A DNA stretch of 64,000 bases from positions 2,016,001 through 2,080,000 of the forward strand of contig CBDCOX010000002.1 in NCBI GenBank assembly GCA_965219995.1, read 5' to 3'. The notes beneath the pieces were generated by a model. That model had not been told where the DNA came from and searched no databases. It saw nothing but the letters and a program-made list of their open reading frames with translations. This document shows positions 39,044-49,650 of the stretch, piece by piece (the first letter of the stretch is position 1; every line of letters starts with the position of its first letter). This DNA is from Candidatus Latescibacterota bacterium. GTDB taxonomy: Bacteria; Latescibacterota; UBA2968; GCA-2709665. Both the position numbers and the translations under genes were made by a program.

Positions 39044-40426
39044 ATGGCTTCCCAACCCACCACACAGACACCCGCCGATCGTCCGCATCCCCAGGCACTG
39101 GAGGTGGAACGGGCGGTACTGGGCGCCATGTTCATTGACAACGCGGCCATCAGCCGGGTGATCGAGGTCCTGGGCGACGAGACGGCGTTTTACCACACCG
39201 CAAACCGCCGGGCCTACGCTGCCGTCCTCGCGCTGTACGAGCGGGGCCTTCCCGTGGATGAAGTCACGGTTGCGGAGGAATTGAAGCGCCGCGGGCAATT
39301 CGAAGACGTGGGCGGGTACGCCTATGTTGCGGGTCTGGGCGGCGAAATGGCAACCGGCGCCAACGCGGAATACCATGCCAGAATCGTGCTCGAACGCGCG
39401 CAGCGCCGCAGGTTGATCGACGCGTCCACACAGACGATTGCCGAGTGTTACGACGATGGGAAAGAGGTCCGCGAGGTGATCGACAGCGCCGAACAGCGGG
39501 TATTCCGAATCGCTGAGGGTGAACTCGGACAGGGCGTCGTTTCGCTTGAGGCCAAGCTGCACGAGACACTGGAACTCATTGAAAGGGCACAGAGACAGGC
39601 TGGCGTCCTGTCCGGCGTTACCACCGGGTATACTGATCTCGATGGAATAACGGCCGGGATGCAACCATCGGATTTGATTATCATTGCCTCTCGTCCGTCA
39701 ATGGGCAAAACGGCGCTGACACTGTGCATGGCGCGCAATGCCGCCCTGGACGAAGAGATCAGGACACCGGTGCTGTATTTCTCCCTTGAAATGAGTATGC
39801 AGCAACTCGCAATGCGTCTGCTATGCGCCGAGGCAAGCGTGTCTTCGCACGGATTGCGCACGGGAAGGCTGGCCGCCGAGGACTGGCAGCGACTGGCGGC
39901 CCAGGCGGAAAAACTCTCGGAGGCCCCTATCTTCATTGATGACACGCCGGGCATCTCCGCACTGGAACTTCGGGCGAAAGCCCGGCGCGCGAAGATGGAG
40001 CACAAGATCGGCCTGATCTTCGTGGATTACATGCAACTGATGACCACTTCGGCGCGAGTGGATAACCGCGAACAGGAAATCGCGAGCATTTCGCGCTCGC
40101 TCAAGGCGCTGGCCAAAGAACTGGATCTTCCGGTTGTGGCCTGTGCGCAGTTGTCGCGCGCTGTCGAGTCCAGGACGGACAAGCGACCGCAGCTTTCCGA
40201 CTTGCGCGAAAGCGGCAGTATCGAGCAGGACGCCGACTTGGTCGCATTTCTCTATCGTCCGGGTCACTACGGCCTGTTAGACGACGAAGGTCAGCCTATT
40301 CCTGAGGGAAAGGCTGAGATCATTATCGGCAAGCACCGGAACGGCCCGACGGACAGCGTTCCTCTTACATTCTTACCCGAAACTTTGCGTTTTGAAAGTA
40401 GCCGCATACATGACGATCCTTTCTGA
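39044..40426 (+). CDS. dnaB: Replicative DNA helicase
   Basis: E.AVLG, RPSMGKT, FSLEMS, DYMQL, QLSRAVE, SDLRESGSIEQDAD and KHRNGPT; no intein. Confidence 0.98.
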   Translation: MASQPTTQTPADRPHPQALEVERAVLGAMFIDNAAISRVIEVLGDETAFYHTANRRAYAAVLALYERGLPVDEVTVAEELKRRGQFEDVGGYAYVAGLGGEMATGANAEYHARIVLERAQRRRLIDASTQTIAECYDDGKEVREVIDSAEQRVFRIAEGELGQGVVSLEAKLHETLELIERAQRQAGVLSGVTTGYTDLDGITAGMQPSDLIIIASRPSMGKTALTLCMARNAALDEEIRTPVLYFSLEMSMQQLAMRLLCAEASVSSHGLRTGRLAAEDWQRLAAQAEKLSEAPIFIDDTPGISALELRAKARRAKMEHKIGLIFVDYMQLMTTSARVDNREQEIASISRSLKALAKELDLPVVACAQLSRAVESRTDKRPQLSDLRESGSIEQDADLVAFLYRPGHYGLLDDEGQPIPEGKAEIIIGKHRNGPTDSVPLTFLPETLRFESSRIHDDPF

Positions 40427-40540
40427 CGCCACACCTGCAGCACGTTGCGGCGGGCAGGCAAGCGGCCGGCCGCCCCACGAGCGATTGGCGGAGACTACGG
40501 GTCGATTCAAACCACCGGAATTGTCTTACAGAGGATGAAT

Positions 40541-41191
40541 ATGGAAAGTCAACGATCTCACCACCGTTCAACCGTAAGGGTATCCAAGCTGCTGTCTCTC
40601 ATGCTCCGCCATCGGCCGGACGAGTTCGGCATTGAGGTCGATGGGTACGGCTATGCGGATTTCGACGCCGTGATATCCGCGTTGAAGAAACAAGACGCGA
40701 GTATTGAAACCGAAGACGTTGAAGCTCTGGTCTACCGGGCCGCCAAGAAACGGTTTGAGATTGTCGACGGCCGAATCCGGGCGCGCTACGGGCACAGCAT
40801 TTCCATGGAATTGGGAACCGATCCCGTGGAACCTCCGGAACACCTGTACAAGGGCTCGGGTGCATCGGAGGTGGAAGACATCCTGAAATCCGGCTTGAAG
40901 CCCATCGACCGGCAGTATGTTCACCTCTCTTTCGAGGCTGCCGTGGCGCGCAGGCTGGCGGAACACAGGCGGGAGCCCGGCGCCGTGATACGGGTGGATG
41001 CGCGCAGGGCCGCCGCGGACGGTATTCAATTCTTCGACTGCGGACCCACGATCCTCGCACGGGAGATTCCGTCCGAGTTTCTGTCTGTCGACGACGCGCC
41101 GGCACCGGCGCCGGATGACGGGTTGACGGTGAAACAAAGCGAGGGGCCGGTGACGTACGGCAGAAAACGCCGATTTGGGTCCCGGAGATAG
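40541..41191 (+). CDS. kptA: RNA 2'-phosphotransferase (Tpt1/KptA)
   Basis: SK.LSL.LRH.P, KKRF, IRARYGHS and RQYVHLS. Confidence 0.92.
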   Translation: MESQRSHHRSTVRVSKLLSLMLRHRPDEFGIEVDGYGYADFDAVISALKKQDASIETEDVEALVYRAAKKRFEIVDGRIRARYGHSISMELGTDPVEPPEHLYKGSGASEVEDILKSGLKPIDRQYVHLSFEAAVARRLAEHRREPGAVIRVDARRAAADGIQFFDCGPTILAREIPSEFLSVDDAPAPAPDDGLTVKQSEGPVTYGRKRRFGSRR

Positions 41192-41215
41192 CGCACGGCG
41201 GGAGATTTTGAACCG

Positions 41216-42106
41216 ATGGCGAAACAAGATCGGTCCGGAGCATACGCGTTATTGAATGCAGCCGCCAATCTCTCCGGTGAGATTGGCGCCGATCTCGTGT
41301 TGCTCGTGGCGGATTCCGGCGTGAGCCGGACGGCGGTACAATCCCTGAACGATGCCTGCCCGGTCCTGCTGGTCACCCGGCGCGATCGATTTCTTCAGGG
41401 CATCGAGGACAACGGGATCCGCCGGTTGAGGCTGGACCATGACGAGGTCTCCCATCTGGAACGGGTGCGGCATGGGATCTCTCTGGGCATGGAAGCCGGC
41501 CACATCAAGAAGGGCAGCCGGCTGATCTGCCTGGCGAGCGCCCTGGAACACGGCGGCGTGGACACCCTGATGACCGTGGACACGCGCAGGGAGTTGGAGG
41601 ACTTCGATCCGGAGAGCCTGGCCGCTCTCGCCGGAGAACTGCCCGTTGAAGTGGTCAAGTCGGTGCTGGATATTGCCCTCGACATCGGGCGTGAAGGCCG
41701 GGAAGGGGAACAGCTCGGCACGCTCTTCGTGCTTGGCGACTCGGACCGTGTCCTGGCCAATTCCCGCGTGATGACGTATGATCCGTTCCGAGGGTATTCA
41801 AAACGTGAGCGGAATATCTGTGATCCCGACAACCGCGAAGGCGTAAAGGAAGTCGCCCTGATGGACGGCGCATTCATCATCCAGGAGGATGGCGTAATAC
41901 GCTCAGGTTGTCGTTATATTACCTCTTATGTGAGGGGTCTCACCCTGCCCAAGGGACTGGGCGCACGGCATGTCGCCGCTGCGGCGGTCACCAAGAACAC
42001 GAACGCCATCGCGGTGGCGGTTTCGGAGTCGACCGGAACGGTAAGGGCATTCAAAAAGGGAGAGATTGTCCTCCGGCGAGATCCGGGCCGACGCATCGCC
42101 CGTTGA
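41216..42106 (+). CDS. Diadenylate cyclase, DacZ-like (DisA_N domain with soluble N-terminal domain)
   Basis: EGREG...GTLFVLGD, DGAF, GLGARH.AAA and VSESTG; no TM helices. Confidence 0.9.
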   Translation: MAKQDRSGAYALLNAAANLSGEIGADLVLLVADSGVSRTAVQSLNDACPVLLVTRRDRFLQGIEDNGIRRLRLDHDEVSHLERVRHGISLGMEAGHIKKGSRLICLASALEHGGVDTLMTVDTRRELEDFDPESLAALAGELPVEVVKSVLDIALDIGREGREGEQLGTLFVLGDSDRVLANSRVMTYDPFRGYSKRERNICDPDNREGVKEVALMDGAFIIQEDGVIRSGCRYITSYVRGLTLPKGLGARHVAAAAVTKNTNAIAVAVSESTGTVRAFKKGEIVLRRDPGRRIAR

Positions 42107-42155
42107 GCGGTCCGTTCCCGCTGATGGTATTCTGTCCCGTCGGAATGATGACGTG

Positions 42156-42662
42156 ATGAAGATTCGGCTGATCCGGTGCAAGGACGGTATCAAGGCGGTC
42201 GTTGGGGATCATGTTCAATCCGTGGCCCGGGTCGCCAGGGCGTTCCCCAGAAGCAATCCGGACCACTTCGTGGGCCTGTTGGGAGAAGACGGTCACGAGA
42301 TCTGTCTCGTCGAAGATCCAGTCACACTGGATTCGAAATCCCGCGAAGTATTGAATGCCGCGTTGAAGGAGGCCTACTTCATTCCCAGGATTCGGGAGAT
42401 CCTGTCGGTGACACCTCGAGGAACGGGCAGCGAGTGGACGGTTGTCGCGGAAGACGGTGAACACGGGTTCCGAACGCAGGATCGCGAGGCACTGGACGGT
42501 TCGGAACCCCCGTCGATCACGATAACCGACCAAAGCGGCAGGCGTTATCTGATTGAGGACTACTGGGCGTTGGACCGGGAGAGTCGAAATACAATCCGCG
42601 ATCTCGTCCCGGATGAGGTCTTGGGGCGCCGGTCCAGGATCGTTTCGCTCCGCCGCCGGTGA
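42156..42662 (+). CDS. DUF1854 domain protein
   Basis: RAFP.S.P, G.EI, YF.P.I..I.SV and GRRYLI.D...LD..SR patterns. Confidence 0.8.
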   Translation: MKIRLIRCKDGIKAVVGDHVQSVARVARAFPRSNPDHFVGLLGEDGHEICLVEDPVTLDSKSREVLNAALKEAYFIPRIREILSVTPRGTGSEWTVVAEDGEHGFRTQDREALDGSEPPSITITDQSGRRYLIEDYWALDRESRNTIRDLVPDEVLGRRSRIVSLRRR

Positions 42663-43984
42663 AGTGGTGCAATATGGAGGAAAGGCAACGCAGGTTCTTG
42701 ATTGCAGGAATCCTGATCGGACTGTGCGCGATCGGCATGCTGGCACTGGGCGAAGCCCGGTACCGGATGCCGCTTTTTTTTGTGCTGTTCGGCCTCTGGA
42801 CGGGTTTCTACCTGGCGGCCGTATGGCATTGTACTGCCGCCGCACTCAAGACTGTCGTGCTGTTTGGCGTACTGTTCCGGGTCATCATGCTGTTTTCCCC
42901 GCCCGGTCTGTCCGATGACGTGTACAGATACCTGTGGGACGGGCGCGTCCAGGCCGCAGGGATAAACCCGTACGCCTACCCGCCGGCTTCGGAAGAACTC
43001 GCCGATCTCAGAGACGATACGGTGTTCCCCGAGGTAAACCATCCTCACGTGCCGACCATCTATCCGCCGCTGGCTCAGGCTTTGTTCAGGGTCTGCAATC
43101 TCGTCCATCCGTCGATCTGGACCGTAAAGGCGGTGCTGGTTCTCTTCGATTTGCTGACGGCATGGTTTCTGCTGGGTCTGATCCGGCTTTACGATCAGCA
43201 TCCGGGACAGTTGCTCATCTACCTCTGGCATCCCCTGCTGCTTGTCGAGGTGGCCGGCAACGCCCACGTCGACGCGATGGGCGTCTCGTTCATGGTACTT
43301 GCATTCCTGTATCTTCAAATCGGTGGGTACACGCGGGCTTTCGCCGCACTGGCCCTCTCCGTTCTGAGCAAGTTCTTTGCCATTTGCCTGGTTCCGGTCT
43401 TCTGGCGCTGGATCAGCGAAAGGATCTCCGAACGGTCCGAGAGGCGGCTGCCGGCAGCCCTTAGGCCGCAGGCCGTGGCGCCTGTACTGGTTTTCACCGC
43501 GCTGATAGCGGCCGGGTACATGCCCTTCCGGGAGGCAGGAGGAAATCTGTTCGCAGGCTTCCTGACCTATGCCGAACACTGGAGTTTCAACGCGCCGGTC
43601 TTTGGCATCCTGAGTTATCTGCTGGATAGCCCGCTTTGGGCTCGCATCGTCATCGCGGTCGGGTTTGGGGGGGCGGTTATTCTGTTCACGTTCAGCCGTA
43701 TGCCGCCGATTCAGGCGGGGTTCTTCCTTGTTGGGACCTTTCTGTTACTCACGCCGACGTTACACCCCTGGTATGCGATCTGGATCTTACCCTTCATGGT
43801 ATTTTACAGACAGCCGGCATGGCTGGTCTTTACCGGGCTTATCGCAATCTCGTATCACGTGCTGATAAAATACGCGAGCCAGGGAATATGGGAGGAGGCG
43901 GTCTGGGTGAAGTTCGTGTTATTCGGCGGATTTGCGCTTGTCTGGGGATTCGAACGGATTAAGCGGAGACGCGGTCACACTTGA
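42659..43984 (+). CDS. GT-C membrane glycosyltransferase (GT87/DUF2029-like)
   Basis: SDDVYRYLWDG, NPY, TIYPP, E..GNAH.D and HPWY; polytopic. Confidence 0.88.
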   Translation: MKWCNMEERQRRFLIAGILIGLCAIGMLALGEARYRMPLFFVLFGLWTGFYLAAVWHCTAAALKTVVLFGVLFRVIMLFSPPGLSDDVYRYLWDGRVQAAGINPYAYPPASEELADLRDDTVFPEVNHPHVPTIYPPLAQALFRVCNLVHPSIWTVKAVLVLFDLLTAWFLLGLIRLYDQHPGQLLIYLWHPLLLVEVAGNAHVDAMGVSFMVLAFLYLQIGGYTRAFAALALSVLSKFFAICLVPVFWRWISERISERSERRLPAALRPQAVAPVLVFTALIAAGYMPFREAGGNLFAGFLTYAEHWSFNAPVFGILSYLLDSPLWARIVIAVGFGGAVILFTFSRMPPIQAGFFLVGTFLLLTPTLHPWYAIWILPFMVFYRQPAWLVFTGLIAISYHVLIKYASQGIWEEAVWVKFVLFGGFALVWGFERIKRRRGHT

Positions 43985-44102
43985 AACTCGTCGGAAGACG
44001 CCGTTCAGATTGGACGACGTTTCTTTGACATGGAGGTTTGGGACCCATTGGCAAGGTTCTTGAAAGCACCAACTGCCGGCCCGGTCGACTGACTGGAGCA
44101 GT

Positions 44103-47100
44103 CTAAACCGCCTTGCCGAAAAAGAGAGCAAACCGTACGAAGTCGGAAAATGCAACGAGCCCGTCGTCGTCCAGGTCGAACCGGGGATCGGATGAACCGA
44201 AGGCGCGGGCAAAGAGCAGAAAGTCAGAAAAATCAACCACGCCGCTTCTGTCGAAGTCCGCGACTGCCGCCGCAGGAAAGATGGTCTGATCGGCGGTAAA
44301 CATAATGTTTCTGTTACCGGAGGCAAGGGGCACACCTGACGAGTCGGCCGCCATGGAAAGGGTTATGGTGTAGGCGAGACCGGCTTCAAAGGGCATCGCA
44401 AACGTCAAGAGGGCACGTTGGCTCCCGCGGTCCAGGACCACTGAGGTCGGGCGTCCGAGGACCGGAGTAACCGAGTAGCCATGAGGATCGGCCGTTTCTG
44501 CGGCCATCGGTTCGCTGAACGTGAGAGAAAGCCTGCTGTCGCGCAGGACTTCGACGCGGTAAAGTTCCGGAGCCGGGTTGGGGCGAAGGGCGTGTGGCGC
44601 GGAGCGAATCTCGTCGCCACCGGGAAGCACGGCGACCACCACGTAACGGTAGACCCTGTTTTCGGCCAGGCCGGTATCCGTGTAGGTATTGGATTCCAGG
44701 TTATCCCTGATGACCGCAAGTGTGTTTCCGTCGACGCCGCGAAGGATTTTATAGGTGGCGCCGCCATCCGCAGGCGCCCATGTGAGCCTGGCGCTGTCGG
44801 CTCCCAGCGGATGGGCGTGCACAACTTGCAGGACCCTCGTGAAACCTGCCTCGGTACGTTCCATTATACGCACGGCGCCATCCCGGTTGTACAGAAGCTC
44901 GGCGTACCCATCCTTATCCAGATCCGCGATGAGCGGACGGGACGTCAATGAAACGGTCCCGTGCCAGAAGGGCTCGTATGTATTCGGGCCGATGGAGCGG
45001 ACCAGGTAAAGGTCCGGACGCAGACAGACCGCCAGGTCGGGTATGCCATTGCCGTCCACGTCGCCCGTTGCAATGCCGTTTCCCGTTGAAAGCACACCCG
45101 AAATCCGAATCGACCACTCCATCGCGTAGGAGGACGGCCCGTCCGTGCTGTAGATTTCCAGGGTCCAGAACCCGTTAAGCGCGTCGTTACGGTCTTCGGC
45201 AGCGCGGGCGACCGCGAATTCCACGTCACCGTCATCGTCAATATCCGCGCCTCCGCCGATCCATTGGGTGTTGGTGCTGTCACTTCCCGCCAGTTTCCAG
45301 GTCTGTACGAAGCCGCGCCCCTGCAGGGCTTCGTACATCCACAGGTCCCCGTCGTAGTCGCCCGAAAGAATCTCCTTCCTGCCGTTGTCGTTCAGATCCG
45401 CGATGACAAACCTGAGGCCGGGCAGGTTGAACCCCTCGGTGGGGTTCGCGAGCCGGGCGGTTTCCACGAATGCGCCTTCCGGCGTACTCCTCAGAATCAG
45501 GATGCCCCCCGCTTCAGCCGATCGGGTTACGATCTCGTTTCGGCCGTCGCCGTCGATATCGGCGATTTCTCCGCCCTCGACTTGCGTCAGATCCAGAAGG
45601 GTCTCGAATGGAAACGGCGTCCCTCCGATGAGCAGGAGATGCGGGAACCGCGTGCCGAGCAGGTCGGTACTGCCATCGTTGTTCGCGTCGCCCAATGCCC
45701 ATGGAAGGAATGCCTCGGCGGTCCGGAAGACGGTTGTAAAGCTTCCGTCGTCCCCACGTTCCATGATCAGGTTCGTGTTGTAGGGACGGCCGCGAGCGTA
45801 CGGCATCAGGACGATTTCGGGGCGCCCGTCCATATCGAAATCGGTGGCCTCACTGGCGAGGAACCCGTCGGGCAGCGTGCCGCGTTGAACAAATCCGCGG
45901 GACGGGATTCGCATCGGGTTGACCGCAACCGTCCCCGGTTCGGAAACCTCCACCTGTCCGGCGGCGTCCTGCGCCACAACGCGGTACTCCAGGGATCCGG
46001 GGTCGAGGTCCGGGGGCAGGGTGATGCGGTGGCGGGTGTAGACAATGTCCGAAAAGAGACTGTCTTCCCGCGCGGCTGCAGACGAGCGATAGAGCAGGGC
46101 GCCGCGTGTCGGAAATCTGGTGTGCCATTCGGCCTGGTAGGCCTGGCGGTTTCCAACGAGCATGGGTGAGATCGACGCACTCGATATAACGGGCGGAGCC
46201 CGCCGAATGCCGATTCGGACCCGATCTTCAAGGGTCGTGCCGTCGGTCATCCGAACCGTCAACCGCACGATGGCGGCGGCGCCGGCGTGGGTGCCCGGTG
46301 TCCATGAATGCCGGATGTCAGATCGCGGCGGTCCCCCGGTGAGTCGCACCCAGGATTGCGGATCCGTTCCCGGGCCCCAGGAGAGCTCGTAGCCGGCAAC
46401 GTCCGGACCGTCGGCCCGCCCGATGATATCCACGTTCCGCCGGACGCCGTCGTCCGTTTGAGGCCGGTCGATCCGTACGACGGGGGGATCGGGCCATCGG
46501 ATGAATTTTTCGAGCAATGTGCCGGCATCGACTCTGCCGGCGCCGTAGCTGCTGTCCCAACCCCCCGGTCCGAGATCGATCGCGGACGCGATGAGCAGCG
46601 AGCGAACCTGCTCGGCGGAAAGACCGGGACGGCGTGAGAGCAGAAGCGACGCCAGTCCGGAAATATGGGGCGCGGCGAAGGACGTGCCCGAGGCGCGCCG
46701 GTACCCGTTCCCCGGCATCGTTGTGATCGTGCCGGCCCCCGGCGCCACCAGATCCAGCGGTACGCCTGTGCTGCTGAACGCGGCAATGCGGTCCAGGGGC
46801 GCCGTGGCGCCCACGGCAATGGTCTCATCCATGGCCGCCGGGTAGGACAGGCCGGATCCGCCGGTGTTACCGGCGGAACTGACGAGAACAACGCCACTCG
46901 CAGCCGCGTAACGCACCACGTCCCGGATGAGCAATGCGCTTTCCGGCCCCCCCCAGCTCATATTGAGGATATGGGCGCCGTTTTCCACGGCATAGAGTAT
47001 GGCGGCGGCCAGGTCGTCTTCCTCCAGAAAGGTGAAATCGGACTGCAGCGTCACGCCGGCGCGGAGGGACATCAGCGCAGCGTCGGGGGCGACGCCGGCA

Positions 47101-47837
47101 ATGCCCACGCCGTTGTCCGCCACCGCCGCGGCGATGCCCGCTACGCGGGTGCCGTGGCTGGACTCGTCCATGGGATCGTTGTCGGGCGAAAGGTAGTCAC
47201 CCTTCGCCGGAAGCGTCGGGGTGTGGGTGAAGTCCCATCCGCGTATGTCGTCCACGTACCCGTTGTTGTCGTCGTCAACACCCGGCCTGCCGGATGCTTC
47301 GACAGTGTTGATCCAGATATTTTCAGCCAGATCTTCGTGGGTATAGTCCACGCCGGAATCGATGATGGCGATGACGACGCCCTGTTCGGCCGGCGGAAGG
47401 CCGTCCAGCAGGATCTGCCATCTGATCTGGTTCAGGCCGTACTGATCGCTCAGGCGGGGATCGTCGGGCACATCGTGGTGTGAAAACAGGTGAACCGGCT
47501 GCGCGTATTGGACACCGGCGTGCTCCGAATAGGCGGCCGCGGCTTCCACGGGACTCGCTTCCTCGTCTATTTCGAGTCGGTACACCTGCGAGAATCCACT
47601 CGCCCGTTTGGAAAGGACCGTGGTTGGCTTGAAAACCGGTTCGGGGGTGCCGGCGCCAAAACGCGCGTGCAGGGTCTCGAGACTTCCGGCAGCTGTTTTG
47701 GAGGCCGACGTCTTGAACTTGATGAGAATCTGTCCGGGAGAGTGAGCAGGTTGAGCAACGACGGAACGGAAAGCCAGCAAAGATACCAGAAGTTGAAATG
47801 TGACGGATATCGCGCGTGTCCGGTTGATATGGCTCAA
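44103..47837 (-). CDS. Secreted S8 (subtilisin) peptidase with FG-GAP, FN3/Ig-like and C-terminal dockerin/EF-hand-like domain
   Basis: IIDSG, HGT.VAG and SGTSFAAP triad; DxDxDG repeats; terminal DFDRSGVVDFSDFLLFARAFG..DLDDDGLVAFSDFVRFALFFG. Confidence 0.93.
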   Translation of the reverse strand: MSHINRTRAISVTFQLLVSLLAFRSVVAQPAHSPGQILIKFKTSASKTAAGSLETLHARFGAGTPEPVFKPTTVLSKRASGFSQVYRLEIDEEASPVEAAAAYSEHAGVQYAQPVHLFSHHDVPDDPRLSDQYGLNQIRWQILLDGLPPAEQGVVIAIIDSGVDYTHEDLAENIWINTVEASGRPGVDDDNNGYVDDIRGWDFTHTPTLPAKGDYLSPDNDPMDESSHGTRVAGIAAAVADNGVGIAGVAPDAALMSLRAGVTLQSDFTFLEEDDLAAAILYAVENGAHILNMSWGGPESALLIRDVVRYAAASGVVLVSSAGNTGGSGLSYPAAMDETIAVGATAPLDRIAAFSSTGVPLDLVAPGAGTITTMPGNGYRRASGTSFAAPHISGLASLLLSRRPGLSAEQVRSLLIASAIDLGPGGWDSSYGAGRVDAGTLLEKFIRWPDPPVVRIDRPQTDDGVRRNVDIIGRADGPDVAGYELSWGPGTDPQSWVRLTGGPPRSDIRHSWTPGTHAGAAAIVRLTVRMTDGTTLEDRVRIGIRRAPPVISSASISPMLVGNRQAYQAEWHTRFPTRGALLYRSSAAAREDSLFSDIVYTRHRITLPPDLDPGSLEYRVVAQDAAGQVEVSEPGTVAVNPMRIPSRGFVQRGTLPDGFLASEATDFDMDGRPEIVLMPYARGRPYNTNLIMERGDDGSFTTVFRTAEAFLPWALGDANNDGSTDLLGTRFPHLLLIGGTPFPFETLLDLTQVEGGEIADIDGDGRNEIVTRSAEAGGILILRSTPEGAFVETARLANPTEGFNLPGLRFVIADLNDNGRKEILSGDYDGDLWMYEALQGRGFVQTWKLAGSDSTNTQWIGGGADIDDDGDVEFAVARAAEDRNDALNGFWTLEIYSTDGPSSYAMEWSIRISGVLSTGNGIATGDVDGNGIPDLAVCLRPDLYLVRSIGPNTYEPFWHGTVSLTSRPLIADLDKDGYAELLYNRDGAVRIMERTEAGFTRVLQVVHAHPLGADSARLTWAPADGGATYKILRGVDGNTLAVIRDNLESNTYTDTGLAENRVYRYVVVAVLPGGDEIRSAPHALRPNPAPELYRVEVLRDSRLSLTFSEPMAAETADPHGYSVTPVLGRPTSVVLDRGSQRALLTFAMPFEAGLAYTITLSMAADSSGVPLASGNRNIMFTADQTIFPAAAVADFDRSGVVDFSDFLLFARAFGSSDPRFDLDDDGLVAFSDFVRFALFFGKAV

Positions 47838-47940
47838 TGTCCGGCTCCCGGGTTGTGAACTTTCGGCACCCTGAAATTTCTATTCATCCTGATTCATTCG
47901 TCTTTTCGTTATGGACGGGATATCCGCCGGGAGGTTCCGT

Positions 47941-49137
47941 TTATGTCGATGGCCGGTCGGGAAGCGTGCCCGCGCTTTGCGGTTCCGGCGTGCGGGGAAG
48001 CGCTGCCACAAGCGCGGCGGAAGGGAGCAGAATGAGGGAGACGCAAGCCAGCGCAAATGCCATGGAAGTGATGTCTGCAAGGAGACCGATGCCCGGCAGC
48101 ATGAGGCCCGAGACACCCCACGCAAATCCCATCACCAGTCCGGTGGCCGTGCTGGCGTGTTGGGGCAGGATGCGCTGTGCCAGCACGATATTGGTGGTGG
48201 CGCCGAGGTCGAAGATGAATCCGGCAGCCAGGAAACAAACCAGCGAGATGGGACCGGAGGTGAAGCAAAAAGCAAGGTAGAAGACGGTTGAGCACGCACA
48301 GGACCACCCCAGAAGCTTGCGGGGAGCCACACGGTCGCCGAGATAACCGCCGGCCAGCCGCCCCAGTGTGGCCGCGATCAGATAGGCGGACAACACCCAG
48401 CCGATCCTGGAGATATCCCACATTCTCTCGTGACCGAGAATGGAGATGAAGCTCACGCAGGCTGCGTGGACCAGCGATCGAAATACAGCGATCGCGTACA
48501 GGATCCAGAGCGGACGCATGGCCGCCGTCCCCAGAAACGCGTAGCTGATGCGCGCCGATGCCCTGGTACTTTCGGCCCGGGTGGCGGTCCTGGACAAGCG
48601 CATAAGCACCGCCGCAGCCGCAAGACAGGGAAAAACAACGATCCAGAGTGACTCCAGCCCGTAGCGTGAGATCAACTGAGTTCCCGTCACCGGCGCAATC
48701 GCCATGCCCAAAGGACCGCCGGTCAGGAAGACCGCCATGGCAATGTTGGATCGTCCGGGTAACGACGTCGTCACCAGACCGCCGGCAGTCGGATGAAAGA
48801 GTGACGAACCGAGAGAGGCCAGAATCAGGAATCCGGCGAGCACGGCGGCCGTGGGCAGCATTCCGATAACCGAAACGCAGAGGCCGCACGCAAGTACGCC
48901 GAGCGCAGCGAGACGCACCCGATTGGACCGGTCGCCGATGTAGCCCATGAACGGTTGCGGGATATTGCCAAAAAGAGAGACGACCATCGGGAGGAGGGAC
49001 GCTTCCACGAGCGTAAGCCCGAACTTGTCCTTGAAGAGGGCAAGCAACGGTGGAAACAGGGTCATGTAGAAGTCTACGGTAGTGTGCGCATAGGTGATCA
49101 GACAGACCCGGAGCAATGGTCGTTTCGTCAGGGGCAT
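47941..49137 (-). CDS. MFS transporter (Fsr-like)
   Basis: H...DFY, QP..G..GDR, FHP and GG.LGDR; about 12 TM. Start 49137 or 49176. Confidence 0.92.
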   Translation of the reverse strand: MPLTKRPLLRVCLITYAHTTVDFYMTLFPPLLALFKDKFGLTLVEASLLPMVVSLFGNIPQPFMGYIGDRSNRVRLAALGVLACGLCVSVIGMLPTAAVLAGFLILASLGSSLFHPTAGGLVTTSLPGRSNIAMAVFLTGGPLGMAIAPVTGTQLISRYGLESLWIVVFPCLAAAAVLMRLSRTATRAESTRASARISYAFLGTAAMRPLWILYAIAVFRSLVHAACVSFISILGHERMWDISRIGWVLSAYLIAATLGRLAGGYLGDRVAPRKLLGWSCACSTVFYLAFCFTSGPISLVCFLAAGFIFDLGATTNIVLAQRILPQHASTATGLVMGFAWGVSGLMLPGIGLLADITSMAFALACVSLILLPSAALVAALPRTPEPQSAGTLPDRPST

Positions 49138-49212
49138 CGGTGTTCCTGTCGTTCGGAAACGGCGCAACTGTGACATGGAGCTGTCGACCCGTTGACGCGC
49201 GACCCCGCAGAT

Positions 49213-49575
49213 TTACGCGAGACCGGCGCGCTCGATAACGACTTCTCCGAGTTTGTCATGGATGCCCAGCGGGCCGGTGACGCGGAAGGTGACGCGCCGA
49301 TAACGTACCGCGGCCCGTTCAACCATGGCAGGGATGTCGTGGGTGGCGTGGCGGCCGGGTGAGAGCATGTAGGGGTGGACGATGACCTCGGTTGCGCCGT
49401 CGCGAACACAGGCTTCAACGCCCTCTTCCAGGGTGGGACGGGCGAGTTCCATATGGGCGATGTGCACGAGAAGCCCCGGCCGTTTTCGCCGCACGACTTC
49501 CGCAACGGCTTCCAGCATGCGATTGGCTTCGTCCCGGGTAGAACCGTGATCGACAATCAGAAGGGCTTTGGGCAT
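49213..49575 (-). CDS. Short CbiX/SirB-type sirohydrochlorin chelatase
   Basis: DHGS, AHMELARP, PYML.PGRH...DIP and PLG.H. Confidence 0.9.
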   Translation of the reverse strand: MPKALLIVDHGSTRDEANRMLEAVAEVVRRKRPGLLVHIAHMELARPTLEEGVEACVRDGATEVIVHPYMLSPGRHATHDIPAMVERAAVRYRRVTFRVTGPLGIHDKLGEVVIERAGLA

Positions 49576-49650
49576 GGCAAATTTACGCTCAGAAGTAGAA
49601 GGAACAATCTTCGGATCGTTCCGCTGGCAACGTCTACTCGACGATTCGAT

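Noticed and set aside
39044-40426. Intein in DnaB
   Set aside because: Length (460 aa) and contiguous motifs show none.
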